Made by a program: the position numbers and the translations under genes | Shown: positions 54,882 through 64,000 of the stretch, piece after piece | Position numbering within the stretch: position 1 is the first letter of the stretch | Layout: every line of letters starts with the position of its first letter | Source: Bacteroidales bacterium | GTDB lineage: Bacteria > Bacteroidota > Bacteroidia > Bacteroidales > VadinHA17 | Direction: 5' to 3' | DNA length: 64,000 nucleotides | Assembly (NCBI GenBank): GCA_021157415.1 | Contig: JAGGWN010000016.1 | Location: 35,833-99,832 of the forward strand | Notes under the pieces: generated by a model | Told to the model about the DNA's origin: nothing | Seen by the model: the letters and a program-made list of their open reading frames with translations, nothing else | Database searches by the model: none

Positions 54882-56104
54882 GTTATATCAATTTATTTAT
54901 CATTGCATACCGCTCCCTGAGTAAAAATAAGGTGCGTTCTTTTCTGACGATGCTGGGCATTATTATCGGTGTGGCTTCCGTGATTGCCATGCTGGCTATC
55001 GGGCAGGGATCGCGCAAAAGTATCGAACAACAGATCGCCGGACTGGGGAGTAACGTACTGATGGTCTTTCCGGGCTCCAGTTTTCGTGGAGGGGTATCGT
55101 CAGGGGCAGGCACAGGGCAACGCCTTGTGATTGATGATGCCTGGGCAATACGGGATGAATGTCCTTCGGTAAAATATGTGAGTCCGGTGGCCCGTACCAG
55201 TGCCCAGGTGATTGCCGGCGCCAATAACTGGAATACACAGATCACAGGTATTTATCCGGAATATTTTAAGATACGTGATCTGAAGATTGAATCCGGAACA
55301 TTATTTACGGATAAAGATGCTGCCCGGGGTACCAAGGTGTGTGTGTTGGGGAAAACCGTGGTGAAGAATCTTTTTGGCGAAGGGGCCGACCCGGTGGGGG
55401 AGCGGGTACGTATCAGGAATATCCCTTTTCGTGTGATCGGGGTGATGCAGGCCAAAGGACAGTCGGGCATGGGGACCGATGAAGATGATATCATCTATGC
55501 CCCTTTCCAAACCGTGCAGCGTCGTCTGCGTGGACAGACCACACGCATTCAGATGATCTATGTTTCTGCTGCTTCGGAGGAACTGATGGACCAGGCTCAG
55601 CAGGAAATAGATAATCTGCTGCGGCAACGCAAGCACATTGCCCGCAATGATGAGGACGTGCCTTTTCGTATCCGTAACCAGCAGGAGATCCTGGATATGC
55701 TGACCTCGACTTCGGATACCATGGTGGGGCTCCTGGCCAGCATCGCTGCCATATCCCTCCTCGTGGGTGGCATAGGCATCATGAATATTATGCTGGTATC
55801 CGTGACGGAACGTACTCGTGAAATAGGTCTGCGTATGGCCGTGGGGGCCCGCAGTAAAGATATTCTGAGACAGTTCCTGCTGGAAGCTATTTTGCTCAGC
55901 TTCCTGGGAGGGTTGCTGGGAGTGATTCTGGGGGTGGGCTCATCCCGTCTGTTTGTATCCTTGCTGGGATGGCCGGTTAGCGTGACTTCGTATTCCATAT
56001 TTCTGGCTTTTATCTTCGCTGCTCTGGTGGGTATTTTCTTTGGATGGTATCCGGCACGCAAGGCCGCCAACCTGATCCCTATGGAAGCTTTACGATATGA
56101 ATAA
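54878..56104 (+). CDS. MacB/FtsX-type ABC transporter permease
   Basis: The ATG at 54878 overlaps the ATPase stop (ATGA). [35 protein letters not shown], a MacB periplasmic domain, and a C-terminal FtsX region. Confidence 0.9.
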   Translation: MSYINLFIIAYRSLSKNKVRSFLTMLGIIIGVASVIAMLAIGQGSRKSIEQQIAGLGSNVLMVFPGSSFRGGVSSGAGTGQRLVIDDAWAIRDECPSVKYVSPVARTSAQVIAGANNWNTQITGIYPEYFKIRDLKIESGTLFTDKDAARGTKVCVLGKTVVKNLFGEGADPVGERVRIRNIPFRVIGVMQAKGQSGMGTDEDDIIYAPFQTVQRRLRGQTTRIQMIYVSAASEELMDQAQQEIDNLLRQRKHIARNDEDVPFRIRNQQEILDMLTSTSDTMVGLLASIAAISLLVGGIGIMNIMLVSVTERTREIGLRMAVGARSKDILRQFLLEAILLSFLGGLLGVILGVGSSRLFVSLLGWPVSVTSYSIFLAFIFAALVGIFFGWYPARKAANLIPMEALRYE

Positions 56105-56108
56105 TTAG

Positions 56109-56149
56109 CACAAATTGCGCAATAGCATCTTTCTATTGCTTCATTTGGG
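56109..56149. repeat. GCAATAG...CTATTGC hairpin element, copy B
   Basis: cacaaattgcGCAATAG-catcttt-CTATTGCttcatttggg. About 37 of 41 positions are identical to copy A. Begins 5 nt after the permease stop. Confidence 0.8.
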
Positions 56150-56391
56150 ATTATTGTTTATCTAAATCATATATGTCATGAAACGACTTGTTTTTTTCTT
56201 CACTTTATTAACGTGAGTTCGATAAAAGCAATGATTTAGAATAGAGCAAGTTGCCCATAAGTTTCCTGGGTTTTTTCGGCAAAAATGAATGGATATTCAA
56301 AGTTAACCGAGATCATCAGACAGTCATGATGAATAGGATTGATCAGAAGATCTTATTTGCCTGGGATGATGTCAGCTTATATGTTTCCGGA

Positions 56392-57876
56392 TCAGAACCA
56401 TCCTCCGTTGGAAGTATTGATACCGTCAGCGTGAGTTTCTCCCCCAAAAGTATAAAGGGGAAGACCCAAAAGGGTCAGGTCGCTGGCCGGGATGGGGAAA
56501 TGCAGGGGTGTCCCTTTTTGCAGCATATCCCTGCGCCGCATATCGAAGAAAGATATGCCCACACCGGTGAGCATTAACTCAATATCCCTTTCATAAAAAA
56601 TAGCTTTCAGCACTTCATTGGCGGGGGTGGCGGCATCCAGGGGGGCCAGTTGTCCGCGTTGCGTACGGGATCCATTGTTCAGTATGTCAATGGCTTCTGC
56701 CGTATTTCCAAGATGAACCAACGCTTCTGCAAGGATCAGCTCATTCTCGGTTTGTGTTAAATCGGGCACAGGTCCGGAAGCCGATACCAACCAGCTGTCA
56801 TATCTTTTGCAGCGATAGAAGGAATTGAGATAATAAGGAGATTGAATGATGGCGGGAGGATCCCATGCCAGGTCTGTTACGGCCCGTGCATCATTGCTTA
56901 CCAGTAACGAGCTGTCGGGTACCTGGCCGCCAGGGGTTTCCCAGGAAGTGTTGTCGTCGGGCCAGTGGGCCGGGAATTCGGGATCCATAAGGTTGATAAT
57001 GCGTAAATCGACTCTTCCCCGGTTGGAGGAAGCAGCATATTGCCGGTATTCGTCTTTCCAGGTATCGTTGTCTGTTACCGGTGAAAGATCCCGGCTCACA
57101 CCACCGGAAGCATAGTCGAAGATGCGTTGCCAGTCATTCTCTTGATTTTCATTCATATTCCTTGGCGATGACAACAATATCCTGGCAGCATAAGATCCAG
57201 CGATGGCAGACAGGTCGTCGGAGGAAACAGTAACGCCAGAGATAAAATTGGCAGGGAGGGTAAATGTGTGTTTATTGCTTATCATGAGGACACTGTCCAA
57301 TGAAGCCAGGGCAAACCGGATCACCTGATGGTAATCCGAATATTCATTGTTAGGCAGGGGAGTATGGATATCTTCCAGGGGAGCTTTGTCAAAAAGCAGT
57401 CCCAGGTAACCATATCCGATGCCACGAACGAAATAGCTCCAGGCGGTAAGCATAGGTTTGATATCCTGCCCGTTATACAGGATGGTTTCCTTGCCTTCCA
57501 TACTACGCAGGATATCGTTGGCCAGCAGGATCTCCTGATAGGAGGTGCCCCAGAAATCTTTGATGATATAAAGAAAAGAATAGTCGGTTTGGTTCTGGAA
57601 TTCTTCCCTGGGTTCTTTGGCCAGATCCACCGCGGCTGCCTCACCGCTGGTAGTGGTGATCTGATCGGCTGCGGTAGCCAGTCCCAGGGCAGGCCCCTTC
57701 AGCGCGTGTGCCGCATTGAACCATCCCTGATATAGCCCGGCAGAAGCATCCAGCAACTCTTCCGGCGTTTGTAATATGTCACCGGGGCCCGGTTGATCCG
57801 GCTTGACATTCAAATCGGTACAGGACACGGTAAGAAGGAGTGCCGGTAATATAAAAGCAAAAGATATCTTTTTCAT
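56392..57876 (-). CDS. SusD/RagB-family lipoprotein (orphan; no adjacent SusC)
   Basis: MKKISFAFILPALLLTVSC lipobox. Collinear with 12000..13535 (ILLSSPRNMNENQENDW vs ILVSAPRNATENDAVDW; RIINLMDPEFPAHWPDDN vs RIINLMDHDYPSRWPDDN; FFDMRRRDMLQKGTPLHFPIPASDL vs FFDMRRRDMLQRGTILHFPVPAAEL). Confidence 0.85.
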   Translation of the reverse strand: MKKISFAFILPALLLTVSCTDLNVKPDQPGPGDILQTPEELLDASAGLYQGWFNAAHALKGPALGLATAADQITTTSGEAAAVDLAKEPREEFQNQTDYSFLYIIKDFWGTSYQEILLANDILRSMEGKETILYNGQDIKPMLTAWSYFVRGIGYGYLGLLFDKAPLEDIHTPLPNNEYSDYHQVIRFALASLDSVLMISNKHTFTLPANFISGVTVSSDDLSAIAGSYAARILLSSPRNMNENQENDWQRIFDYASGGVSRDLSPVTDNDTWKDEYRQYAASSNRGRVDLRIINLMDPEFPAHWPDDNTSWETPGGQVPDSSLLVSNDARAVTDLAWDPPAIIQSPYYLNSFYRCKRYDSWLVSASGPVPDLTQTENELILAEALVHLGNTAEAIDILNNGSRTQRGQLAPLDAATPANEVLKAIFYERDIELMLTGVGISFFDMRRRDMLQKGTPLHFPIPASDLTLLGLPLYTFGGETHADGINTSNGGWF

Positions 57877-58016
57877 TACTATTCTGTAGTTTTAGACACC
57901 GGTATTACATAACGCCAAAAACCTATCAAATCGTGTGCCAATCCGGAAAATGGAATGGTGGAAAAAGAAAGAATGGAATGATAACCTGATATTGCATAGT
58001 AATTAACTTTTGCAGG

Positions 58017-59924
58017 TTACCCTTCCAGGAGTTTTTTCATGGCTGCCCTGTTTCGGAGATGGGTGATCTCTTTGGCTTCGGGGGTAAAAAGATAATCCAG
58101 CAACTCCCGGTAATGTTCCGTGATCTTGCCCCGAACCATTTTCATGGTGGAGTTAAGCATTTTATTTCCTTCCGTGAATCCTTCTTCGAGTATTCCTACC
58201 GCTGCCGGCATCCAGCGCTGGGGGAACATATCGGCATATTTCCCGTTGGCACGGTATTCTTTCAGTTCATCCCCGATCATTCTCAGGGCCTCTGTCTGTC
58301 CTTCCTCGCTGGCCGGATCCAGTCCTGCTTCTTTCAGCTGTTTTTTCACGGCTTCCACATTGGGGTATAGCAACGCTACGGTATAAGGGCTCTGGTTATT
58401 GAAGAGCATGGTCTGTTCGATCAGAGGTGACTGGTCGGTAAACGTTTCTTCAATACCTTCCGGGCTGAATTTTTCACCGTCGTCGGAAATCAGCAGGCTC
58501 TTGAAACGACCCAGCACATACAGAAAGCCGTCTTCATCCATGTATCCCAAATCTCCTGTGTAGAGCCATCCGTCTTTGAGGGCCTCTCCGGTAGCTTCTT
58601 CATTCTTCCAATAGCCGGCCATTACATTTTCTCCTTTCACCACGATCTCTCCTTTTTGTCCCGTGGACATTTCGTTTCCATCATCATCCAGGATCTTCAG
58701 TTCAAGGTCTTGGACGAGGGTGCCGGAAGAGCCCAGTTTATGCCTCCGTGGCGCATTGGCTGAAATAATAGGTGCTGCTTCGGACAACCCGTATCCCTGG
58801 TACATCGGGGTTCCCAGAGCGTAAAAGAAACGTTGCAGCTCAATGTCCAGCAAAGCACCTCCTCCGATAAAAAATTCCAGGTTTCCTCCAAAATTTTCCC
58901 TGACCTTGGAAAACAAGATCTTATCATACAGGTATAACAAGGGTTTTCTGAGCTTCGCAAGCCCTTTCCCTTTGTTGAACCCTTCCTTGTTGTAATGATA
59001 AGCAACTTTCAGGGCATGCTTGAATAGTTTTTCTGCCGTTTTTCCCTTTTGGGCGATTCCTTTTTCTATGTTTTTCCTGAAATTCTTGGCCAGAGCCGGC
59101 ACACTATACAGTAAATGAGGTTTGATTTCCTTGATATTGACAGGGATATTCTTGAGGGTTTCCAGAGGTGTTTGGCCGATGGCTACCGAGGCAATACTGG
59201 CTCCTTTTCCCATGAAACTGTACAAGCCTGCCGTGTGGGCAAAGGAATGATCCCATGGAAGGATAAGCAGGCTTATCCAATGGGAAGGGATGTCGATCAG
59301 ACTATAGGCCTGGTTGACATTAACCACATAATTCTTATGCATCAGGATAATGCCTTTGGGGTCGGCGGTGGTGCCGGAAGTGTAACTGATATTGGCATAA
59401 TCCTCTTCGCCGACCGCCTCTTTTGCTTTTTCCAGCCGTTCGGGTTCTTTTTCCAGCAGTTCATCTCCTTTCGCCAGAATATCTCCCACAAACTCTTCAT
59501 GGTCTCTCATATCATCGATGCGGTCCAGGACAATGATCTTTTCCAGGGTGGGGATGGACGAAGCCACCTCTCTGACTTTGGGCAGTTGTTGCCGGGAAAC
59601 GATGACCATCCGCGACTCCGAATGGGCTATCCGAAAGCGTACTTCCTCAGGGGTTAATTTGATCGAAAGGGGTACGTTAATGGCACCGGTATATAATACC
59701 CCAAGTTCACTTATTATCCAGAGATTTCTGGCATCTGACAACAAGGAGATGCGATCGCCTTTTTTGATACCCTCCTTTAGCAGTCCGGCAGCCAGACGAT
59801 ATACTTCATGATGAATCTCGGCATAGGTAGAGCCCTCGTATTTGTCTTTGGTTTTTTCCCATAAAAATACATTAGAGCTGAATTTGCTGACACTCTCCTC
59901 AAAGAAATTGATAATGGTTCTCAT
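58017..59924 (-). CDS. AMP-dependent synthetase/ligase (long-chain fatty-acid-CoA ligase-like)
   Basis: AMP-binding motif SYTSGTTADPKGI, plus GYGLSEA and YTGDLGYMDEDGFLYVLGR. Confidence 0.85.
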   Translation of the reverse strand: MRTIINFFEESVSKFSSNVFLWEKTKDKYEGSTYAEIHHEVYRLAAGLLKEGIKKGDRISLLSDARNLWIISELGVLYTGAINVPLSIKLTPEEVRFRIAHSESRMVIVSRQQLPKVREVASSIPTLEKIIVLDRIDDMRDHEEFVGDILAKGDELLEKEPERLEKAKEAVGEEDYANISYTSGTTADPKGIILMHKNYVVNVNQAYSLIDIPSHWISLLILPWDHSFAHTAGLYSFMGKGASIASVAIGQTPLETLKNIPVNIKEIKPHLLYSVPALAKNFRKNIEKGIAQKGKTAEKLFKHALKVAYHYNKEGFNKGKGLAKLRKPLLYLYDKILFSKVRENFGGNLEFFIGGGALLDIELQRFFYALGTPMYQGYGLSEAAPIISANAPRRHKLGSSGTLVQDLELKILDDDGNEMSTGQKGEIVVKGENVMAGYWKNEEATGEALKDGWLYTGDLGYMDEDGFLYVLGRFKSLLISDDGEKFSPEGIEETFTDQSPLIEQTMLFNNQSPYTVALLYPNVEAVKKQLKEAGLDPASEEGQTEALRMIGDELKEYRANGKYADMFPQRWMPAAVGILEEGFTEGNKMLNSTMKMVRGKITEHYRELLDYLFTPEAKEITHLRNRAAMKKLLEG

Positions 59925-60080
59925 GTTACATTGGTTTATGCCCTTATTAAAAAAGGGGAAGTTTGACCGGGCTAAGATATAAAAAATGTGAAAAATGGAA
60001 TGTTAGCTACCTAAGTTACGGATATCGTACTGTGATCCTGTGAACCGGGCGGGAGGGAAGGATAGCAAACGGAAGATTAT

Positions 60081-60770
60081 TCAGACAAGTTTCTTTTGCC
60101 GGACCATTTCCAGGATAGTCTGAGCTATTTCTTCTTTGGATAGGGTGCTGCAATTGAATATTACATCGAAGATGCTGATATTGGCTTCTTTTTTAAGGTA
60201 ATGTTCCAGAAATTTTTTTCTTTTACTGTCCTTTTCACGGATGAGCTTACAAGCTTTTTCGTAAGGGATGTCGTGTGTTTTTGCGACCTGTACGGCACGC
60301 CAGCGTGACGGGGCAATCAGTTTGACATGCAGAGAGGCCTCTATGTCGCGTGCTAATGCTACGCCCGCACGCCCTACAATGACAACATGTCCTTCCATGG
60401 CAGTGGCACGGATTACCTCCCCCAGCGTTTTACGGATGGCCCAGTCGCTGTGGTAATAGTTTTTTTTCTCCTGTGCGAGGAGCAGATCTTCCAGAAGCTT
60501 ACGTTCCTTATATTCAAAAATATATTTTATCTCGCGGGGGGTAAGTCCCAGTTTTCGTGCTGTCTCCTCCAGAATTTCTTTACTGATCCAATGCCATTTG
60601 TTTTTCCGGGCATATTTCTCATTGATCAGGTCTGTTAACATGGCGGCAATGAGCTTGGAAGGACACCCGTATTCACGCGAGATCGTGATGACCGGACCGG
60701 GCCTGGCAATACGTTTTTCACGCTCAAGCAGTCGTTCAAAAGCATATCTGGATAAGTTGATCTTGGTCAT
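60081..60770 (-). CDS. Cytidylate-kinase-like family protein
   Basis: PVITISREYGCPSKLIA and VVIVGRAGVALAR are typical of the 'cytidylate kinase-like' P-loop family. Confidence 0.65.
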   Translation of the reverse strand: MTKINLSRYAFERLLEREKRIARPGPVITISREYGCPSKLIAAMLTDLINEKYARKNKWHWISKEILEETARKLGLTPREIKYIFEYKERKLLEDLLLAQEKKNYYHSDWAIRKTLGEVIRATAMEGHVVIVGRAGVALARDIEASLHVKLIAPSRWRAVQVAKTHDIPYEKACKLIREKDSKRKKFLEHYLKKEANISIFDVIFNCSTLSKEEIAQTILEMVRQKKLV

Positions 60771-60930
60771 GGCGATAATATTTTACCCCTTTAATTTAGG
60801 TATAAATTCTGAGAATTTCAAGGAATAGGAAGAATATGTTTTAAAATGAGATGTGTTTTCCTTCTTTTCTTTTGGAAATGTTTTTGAATCTCGTAATTTC
60901 GCATCCAATATCAAACCAAACCGTGAAATT

Positions 60931-62628
60931 ATGACAGAACATATCAAAAAGTCTTTGAGAGATTCTACAGCAGCCCGGTGGACCGCATTGGTACTGGCAT
61001 CTTTGTCTATTTTTGGTGCTTATTATTTCAATTATGCCCTTTCGGCCATTAAACCCATGCTGGAGAGTATTCTGGGATGGAACAGCAGTGAGATAGGGAA
61101 CTATATGTCTTCTTATGCCTGGTTCAATGTTTTTTTGTTCATGCTGATTATCAGTGGTTTTGTACTGGATAAACTAGGCATCAGGAAGACAGGTCTGGGA
61201 GCTACCGTGGTGATGTTTATTGGTACGGCAATTAACTACTGGGCTGTATCCCATCATTTTCCTGATAATGCAGTCGTCCATCTTCCTCTGCTGGGTGATA
61301 TGAAAACACAGGTGTTATTTTCTTCCCTGGGGTTTGCTATCTTTGGTGTGGGTACCGAAGCCACGGGAATCACCATCTCCAAAGCCGTAGTACGGTGGTT
61401 TAAAGGAAAAGAAATGGCGCTGGCCATGGGCATGCAGATGGCTATAGCCCGTCTGGGAACAGCGCTGGCAGTGGCCATATCTATCCCTTTGGCCAAAAAA
61501 TTTACCGTGACAGCACCTATCCTGTTTGCTATGATCGTGATGCTGATCGGCGTGATCTCCTTTATTTCCTTCTCCCTTATGGACATAAAACTGGATAAGT
61601 CGGAGGCAGCTCCCGAAGAGGGAAAAACGGAAGAAAATGAGTTCAAGATCAGGGATATTGTATATATCATCAAAAACCGGGGATTCTGGTATATTGCTAT
61701 TTTGTGTGTTTTGTTTTATTCGGCCGTATTCCCGTTTTTATTCTATGCCAATGACCTGATGATCAATAAATACAATGTTAATCCCAACCTGGCCGGGACG
61801 ATTACCATGTTACTGCCTTTTGGAACTATCCTTCTCACCCCGGTTTTTGGTGGCATCTATGATAAATTCGGGAAAGGAGCGACTATTATGATCATAGGTT
61901 CCTTGATTCTGGTGTTTGTGCATGGGGTGTTCCTGATTCCCTCACTGAGAATGTGGTGGGTGGCCGCCGCCATGGTGATTATTTTGGGGGTCGGGTTTTC
62001 ACTGGTTCCTTCAGCCATGTGGCCTTCCGTACCCAAGATTATCCCGGAACAACGACTGGGAACAGCCTATGCGGTAATTTTCTGGATCCAGAATATAGGA
62101 TTATGGGCTGTCCCGCTGATGCTTGGAGTGGTGCTGAATTTTACCAATCCGGATGTTTCCCCCAACAAAAAACTGGTGAAGGAAGCCATAGAAAAATCTT
62201 TTACCGAAACCCTTGCTTCTGCCGGTTACACCCCTAAGGAGATAAACCGTGCCATAGAGAAAGCAACCGGGTCGGCCGTAGACTCCATCGTTCAATACTC
62301 GCATTATGAGCCGATATCTTCCGGTCAGGTAGATCCAGCCACAGTGGAGAACGAAATTTATACGGGAATTGTTCAGAATCTGAAGAATATTGATCTTTCC
62401 GGAAACAAGGATGTTGTAACGACCGAGGTTATAAAAGCCGCTGCAGGCAGTGCCTACCAGACGATCAACAAGGAAAAACTTAACCTCAGATATAACTATT
62501 TTTACGATATCCTGATATTTCTGAGCCTGGCGATACTATCTGTACTGTTTGCCTTCCTGCTGAAACTGGAAGACAAGCACAAAGGCTACGGACTGGAAAT
62601 GCCGAACATCCAGAAGGCAGTGGAATGA
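60931..62628 (+). CDS. MFS transporter with a hydrophilic insert of about 125 aa before the last TM helix
   Basis: The ATG at 60931 gives MTEHIKKSLRDSTAARWTALVLASLSIFGAYYF. Multiple TM helices. A hydrophilic stretch (NPDVSPNKKLVKEAIEKSF...KEKLNLRYNY) precedes the final helix. Confidence 0.75.
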   Translation: MTEHIKKSLRDSTAARWTALVLASLSIFGAYYFNYALSAIKPMLESILGWNSSEIGNYMSSYAWFNVFLFMLIISGFVLDKLGIRKTGLGATVVMFIGTAINYWAVSHHFPDNAVVHLPLLGDMKTQVLFSSLGFAIFGVGTEATGITISKAVVRWFKGKEMALAMGMQMAIARLGTALAVAISIPLAKKFTVTAPILFAMIVMLIGVISFISFSLMDIKLDKSEAAPEEGKTEENEFKIRDIVYIIKNRGFWYIAILCVLFYSAVFPFLFYANDLMINKYNVNPNLAGTITMLLPFGTILLTPVFGGIYDKFGKGATIMIIGSLILVFVHGVFLIPSLRMWWVAAAMVIILGVGFSLVPSAMWPSVPKIIPEQRLGTAYAVIFWIQNIGLWAVPLMLGVVLNFTNPDVSPNKKLVKEAIEKSFTETLASAGYTPKEINRAIEKATGSAVDSIVQYSHYEPISSGQVDPATVENEIYTGIVQNLKNIDLSGNKDVVTTEVIKAAAGSAYQTINKEKLNLRYNYFYDILIFLSLAILSVLFAFLLKLEDKHKGYGLEMPNIQKAVE

Positions 62629-62649
62629 TAACGTGGATCAGGAAAGAAA

Positions 62650-62693
62650 ATAAATATTTAAATATGTAATTAAATATTTATTTAAATACATAT
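62650..62693. repeat. AT-rich near-palindromic element, copy 2 (bidirectional terminator-like hairpin)
   Basis: aaatatgta-a-ttaaata-tt-tatttaa-a-tacatattt forms a 16-bp stem with one A/A mismatch. Matches the reverse complement of 20020..20063 at 42 of 44 positions. Lies between the convergent MFS and purA genes. Confidence 0.85.
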
Positions 62694-62724
62694 TTACCTC
62701 TTGCGTAAAATCTTTATTTGCCGA

Positions 62725-63996
62725 TCATCCTCCTGTTTTCACTACCGCTTCACGGTCGGGACCGACAGAGATCATCGTAATGGGTACTCCGGTTTCCTTT
62801 TCAAGGAAGGATTTATAAACTTTCAGTTCTTCGGGCAGGTCTCTGTATGTCCGTATTCCGGAGATATCCTGTGACCAACCCTTGAAATGTTTATACACAG
62901 GTTTGATGTTGTCTTCGAGGGAGTAGGGGAGTTGGTCAGTTACCTTTCCGTTGACCCGGTAATGGGTGCAAACCATGAAATCTTCCAGGCCGGAGAGAAC
63001 GTCGGGTTTGGTGAGGATCAGTTCGGTTACTCCGTTGAGCATGATGGCATAGCGCAGCGCAAGGAGGTCCAGCCATCCGCATCTTCTCGGACGTCCTGTA
63101 GTGGCTCCGTATTCGTGTCCCTGCCTGCGAAGAAATTCTCCCTGCTCATCCTGTAACTCGGTGGGGAAAGGACCGCTGCCAACGCGGGTGCAATAGGCTT
63201 TGAATATTCCCTTCACATTGCCGATGCGGGAAGGAGCCAGCCCCAGGCCTGTAAGCGTACCGGCCGTGATCGTATTGGAGGAAGTTACGTAAGGGTACGT
63301 GCCGAAGTCAATATCCAGCATGGTCCCCTGGGCTCCTTCCGCCAGGATACTTTTCCCTTGGTCCAGCAATTGATTGATCCGGTATTCACTTTCGACAAGG
63401 GTAAACCTACGGATTACTTCTATCCCCTCAAACCATTTTTTCTCATAATTGTCCTGTACTCCTTTGTAATGATACATGTTTAACAGATCTTTGTGTTTCC
63501 GTGTAAGGGCTTGGTATCTATCCATAAAATCCGGACGGAGAATGTCTCCCACACGAAGTCCGTTGCGGCCTGTCTTGTCCATGTAAGCCGGGCCGATGCC
63601 TTTCAGGGTGGAGCCGATCCTGGAACGGCCTTTGGCCGCTTCGGAAGCAGCATCCAGTAAACGATGGGTGGGCAGGATCAGATGGGCCTTGGTGGAAATA
63701 TGCAGATTGTCTCTGCCCAGGTTAATCCCTTCGTTTTTTAAGACCTGAACTTCTTCGGCAAAGATAACCGGGTCCATGACAACACCGTTTCCGATAATGT
63801 TAAGCTTGTTTTTCCTGAATACCCCGGAAGGGATGGTGTGGAGGATAAATTTTTTCCCGTTGAATGCAAGGGAATGGCCGGCATTGGGCCCTCCCTGAAA
63901 ACGACTGATAACCTCATAGTCAGGGGTTAGAACATCTACGATCTTTCCTTTTCCTTCATCACCCCATTGTAATCCCAATAAAACGTCTGCTTTCAC
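62725..63996 (-). CDS. purA: Adenylosuccinate synthase
   Basis: GTG start at 63996. (M)KADVLLGLQWGDEGKGKIVD P-loop. 423 aa, full-length. Confidence 0.9.
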   Translation of the reverse strand: MKADVLLGLQWGDEGKGKIVDVLTPDYEVISRFQGGPNAGHSLAFNGKKFILHTIPSGVFRKNKLNIIGNGVVMDPVIFAEEVQVLKNEGINLGRDNLHISTKAHLILPTHRLLDAASEAAKGRSRIGSTLKGIGPAYMDKTGRNGLRVGDILRPDFMDRYQALTRKHKDLLNMYHYKGVQDNYEKKWFEGIEVIRRFTLVESEYRINQLLDQGKSILAEGAQGTMLDIDFGTYPYVTSSNTITAGTLTGLGLAPSRIGNVKGIFKAYCTRVGSGPFPTELQDEQGEFLRRQGHEYGATTGRPRRCGWLDLLALRYAIMLNGVTELILTKPDVLSGLEDFMVCTHYRVNGKVTDQLPYSLEDNIKPVYKHFKGWSQDISGIRTYRDLPEELKVYKSFLEKETGVPITMISVGPDREAVVKTGG

Positions 63997-64000
63997 GATT

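Noticed and set aside
56251-56577. 108-aa plus-strand ORF overlapping the 3' end of the orphan SusD gene
   Set aside because: It overlaps a well-supported gene in antisense, and its sequence is featureless.
20020-62693. A 42.6-kb mobile or invertible element bounded by the inverted 44-nt repeats
   Set aside because: The interior is core metabolism and cell-division genes (cysDN, ftsK, nusB, yajC, coaE, purC and others). It has no integrase, transposase, conjugation genes or tRNA attachment site. The repeats sit exactly where terminators are expected.
1-64000. rRNA, tRNA, tmRNA or RNase P genes, prophage, and known defence systems (RM, CBASS, Thoeris, TA pairs and similar)
   Set aside because: Scanning the intergenic gaps and all ORF translations by eye turned up no tRNA-like T-arm or acceptor features and no nuclease, methylase, cyclase, TIR or SIR2 signatures. 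Absence judged by eye is not proof; tRNAscan-SE, Infernal and DefenseFinder would settle it.

Overview
The window appears to be chromosomal DNA from a member of the Bacteroidota. This call rests on SusC/SusD pairs, T9SS type-A C-terminal sorting domains, a FeoA-FeoB fusion, the conserved nusB-DUF1573-yajC-ybbR-coaE block, and a split MacB. GC is moderate by eye, and intergenic regions are AT-rich. I could not run any searches, so every call comes from reading the translated ORFs and the DNA.

Most of the window is densely packed housekeeping genes:
- histidine utilisation (hutI, ftcD)
- sulfate activation (cysDN)
- ftsK-lolA
- arcC-argF
- feoAB
- nusB/yajC/coaE
- mazG, phoH, purC, purA
- a TolC-MacA-MacB efflux operon
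- fadD and an MFS transporter

I recognised no rRNA, tRNA, CRISPR array, transposase, integrase, phage gene or known defence system.

The parts that ordinary annotation does not explain, in window order:
1. A roughly 760-bp AT-rich cassette splits hutI from ftcD. It carries an orphan Avd/'23S-IVS'-family four-helix-bundle gene. The gene sits inside an array of about 17 phased 10-11-bp GAAATTA units with interspersed GC hairpins.
2. A SusC/SusD locus at 8.9-20.0 kb has no glycoside hydrolase and no regulator that I can recognise. Its cargo is two tandem paralogous arylsulfotransferase (ASST)-like beta-propellers with an Ig-like domain and a T9SS sorting domain. Two related lipoproteins bracket them, and cysDN lies immediately downstream. 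This is my best candidate for an undescribed system.
3. Three copies of a conserved 41-47-nt GCAATAG...CTATTRC hairpin element.
4. Two inverted copies (42 of 44 nt identical) of an AT-rich near-palindrome lying 42.6 kb apart.
5. A (GAAYCAA)x5 heptamer repeat between cysD and cysN.
6. An unlisted 58-codon membrane ORF that overlaps both of its neighbours.
7. An orphan SusD paralog with no SusC partner.

All functional interpretations of these items are inference and are marked as such.
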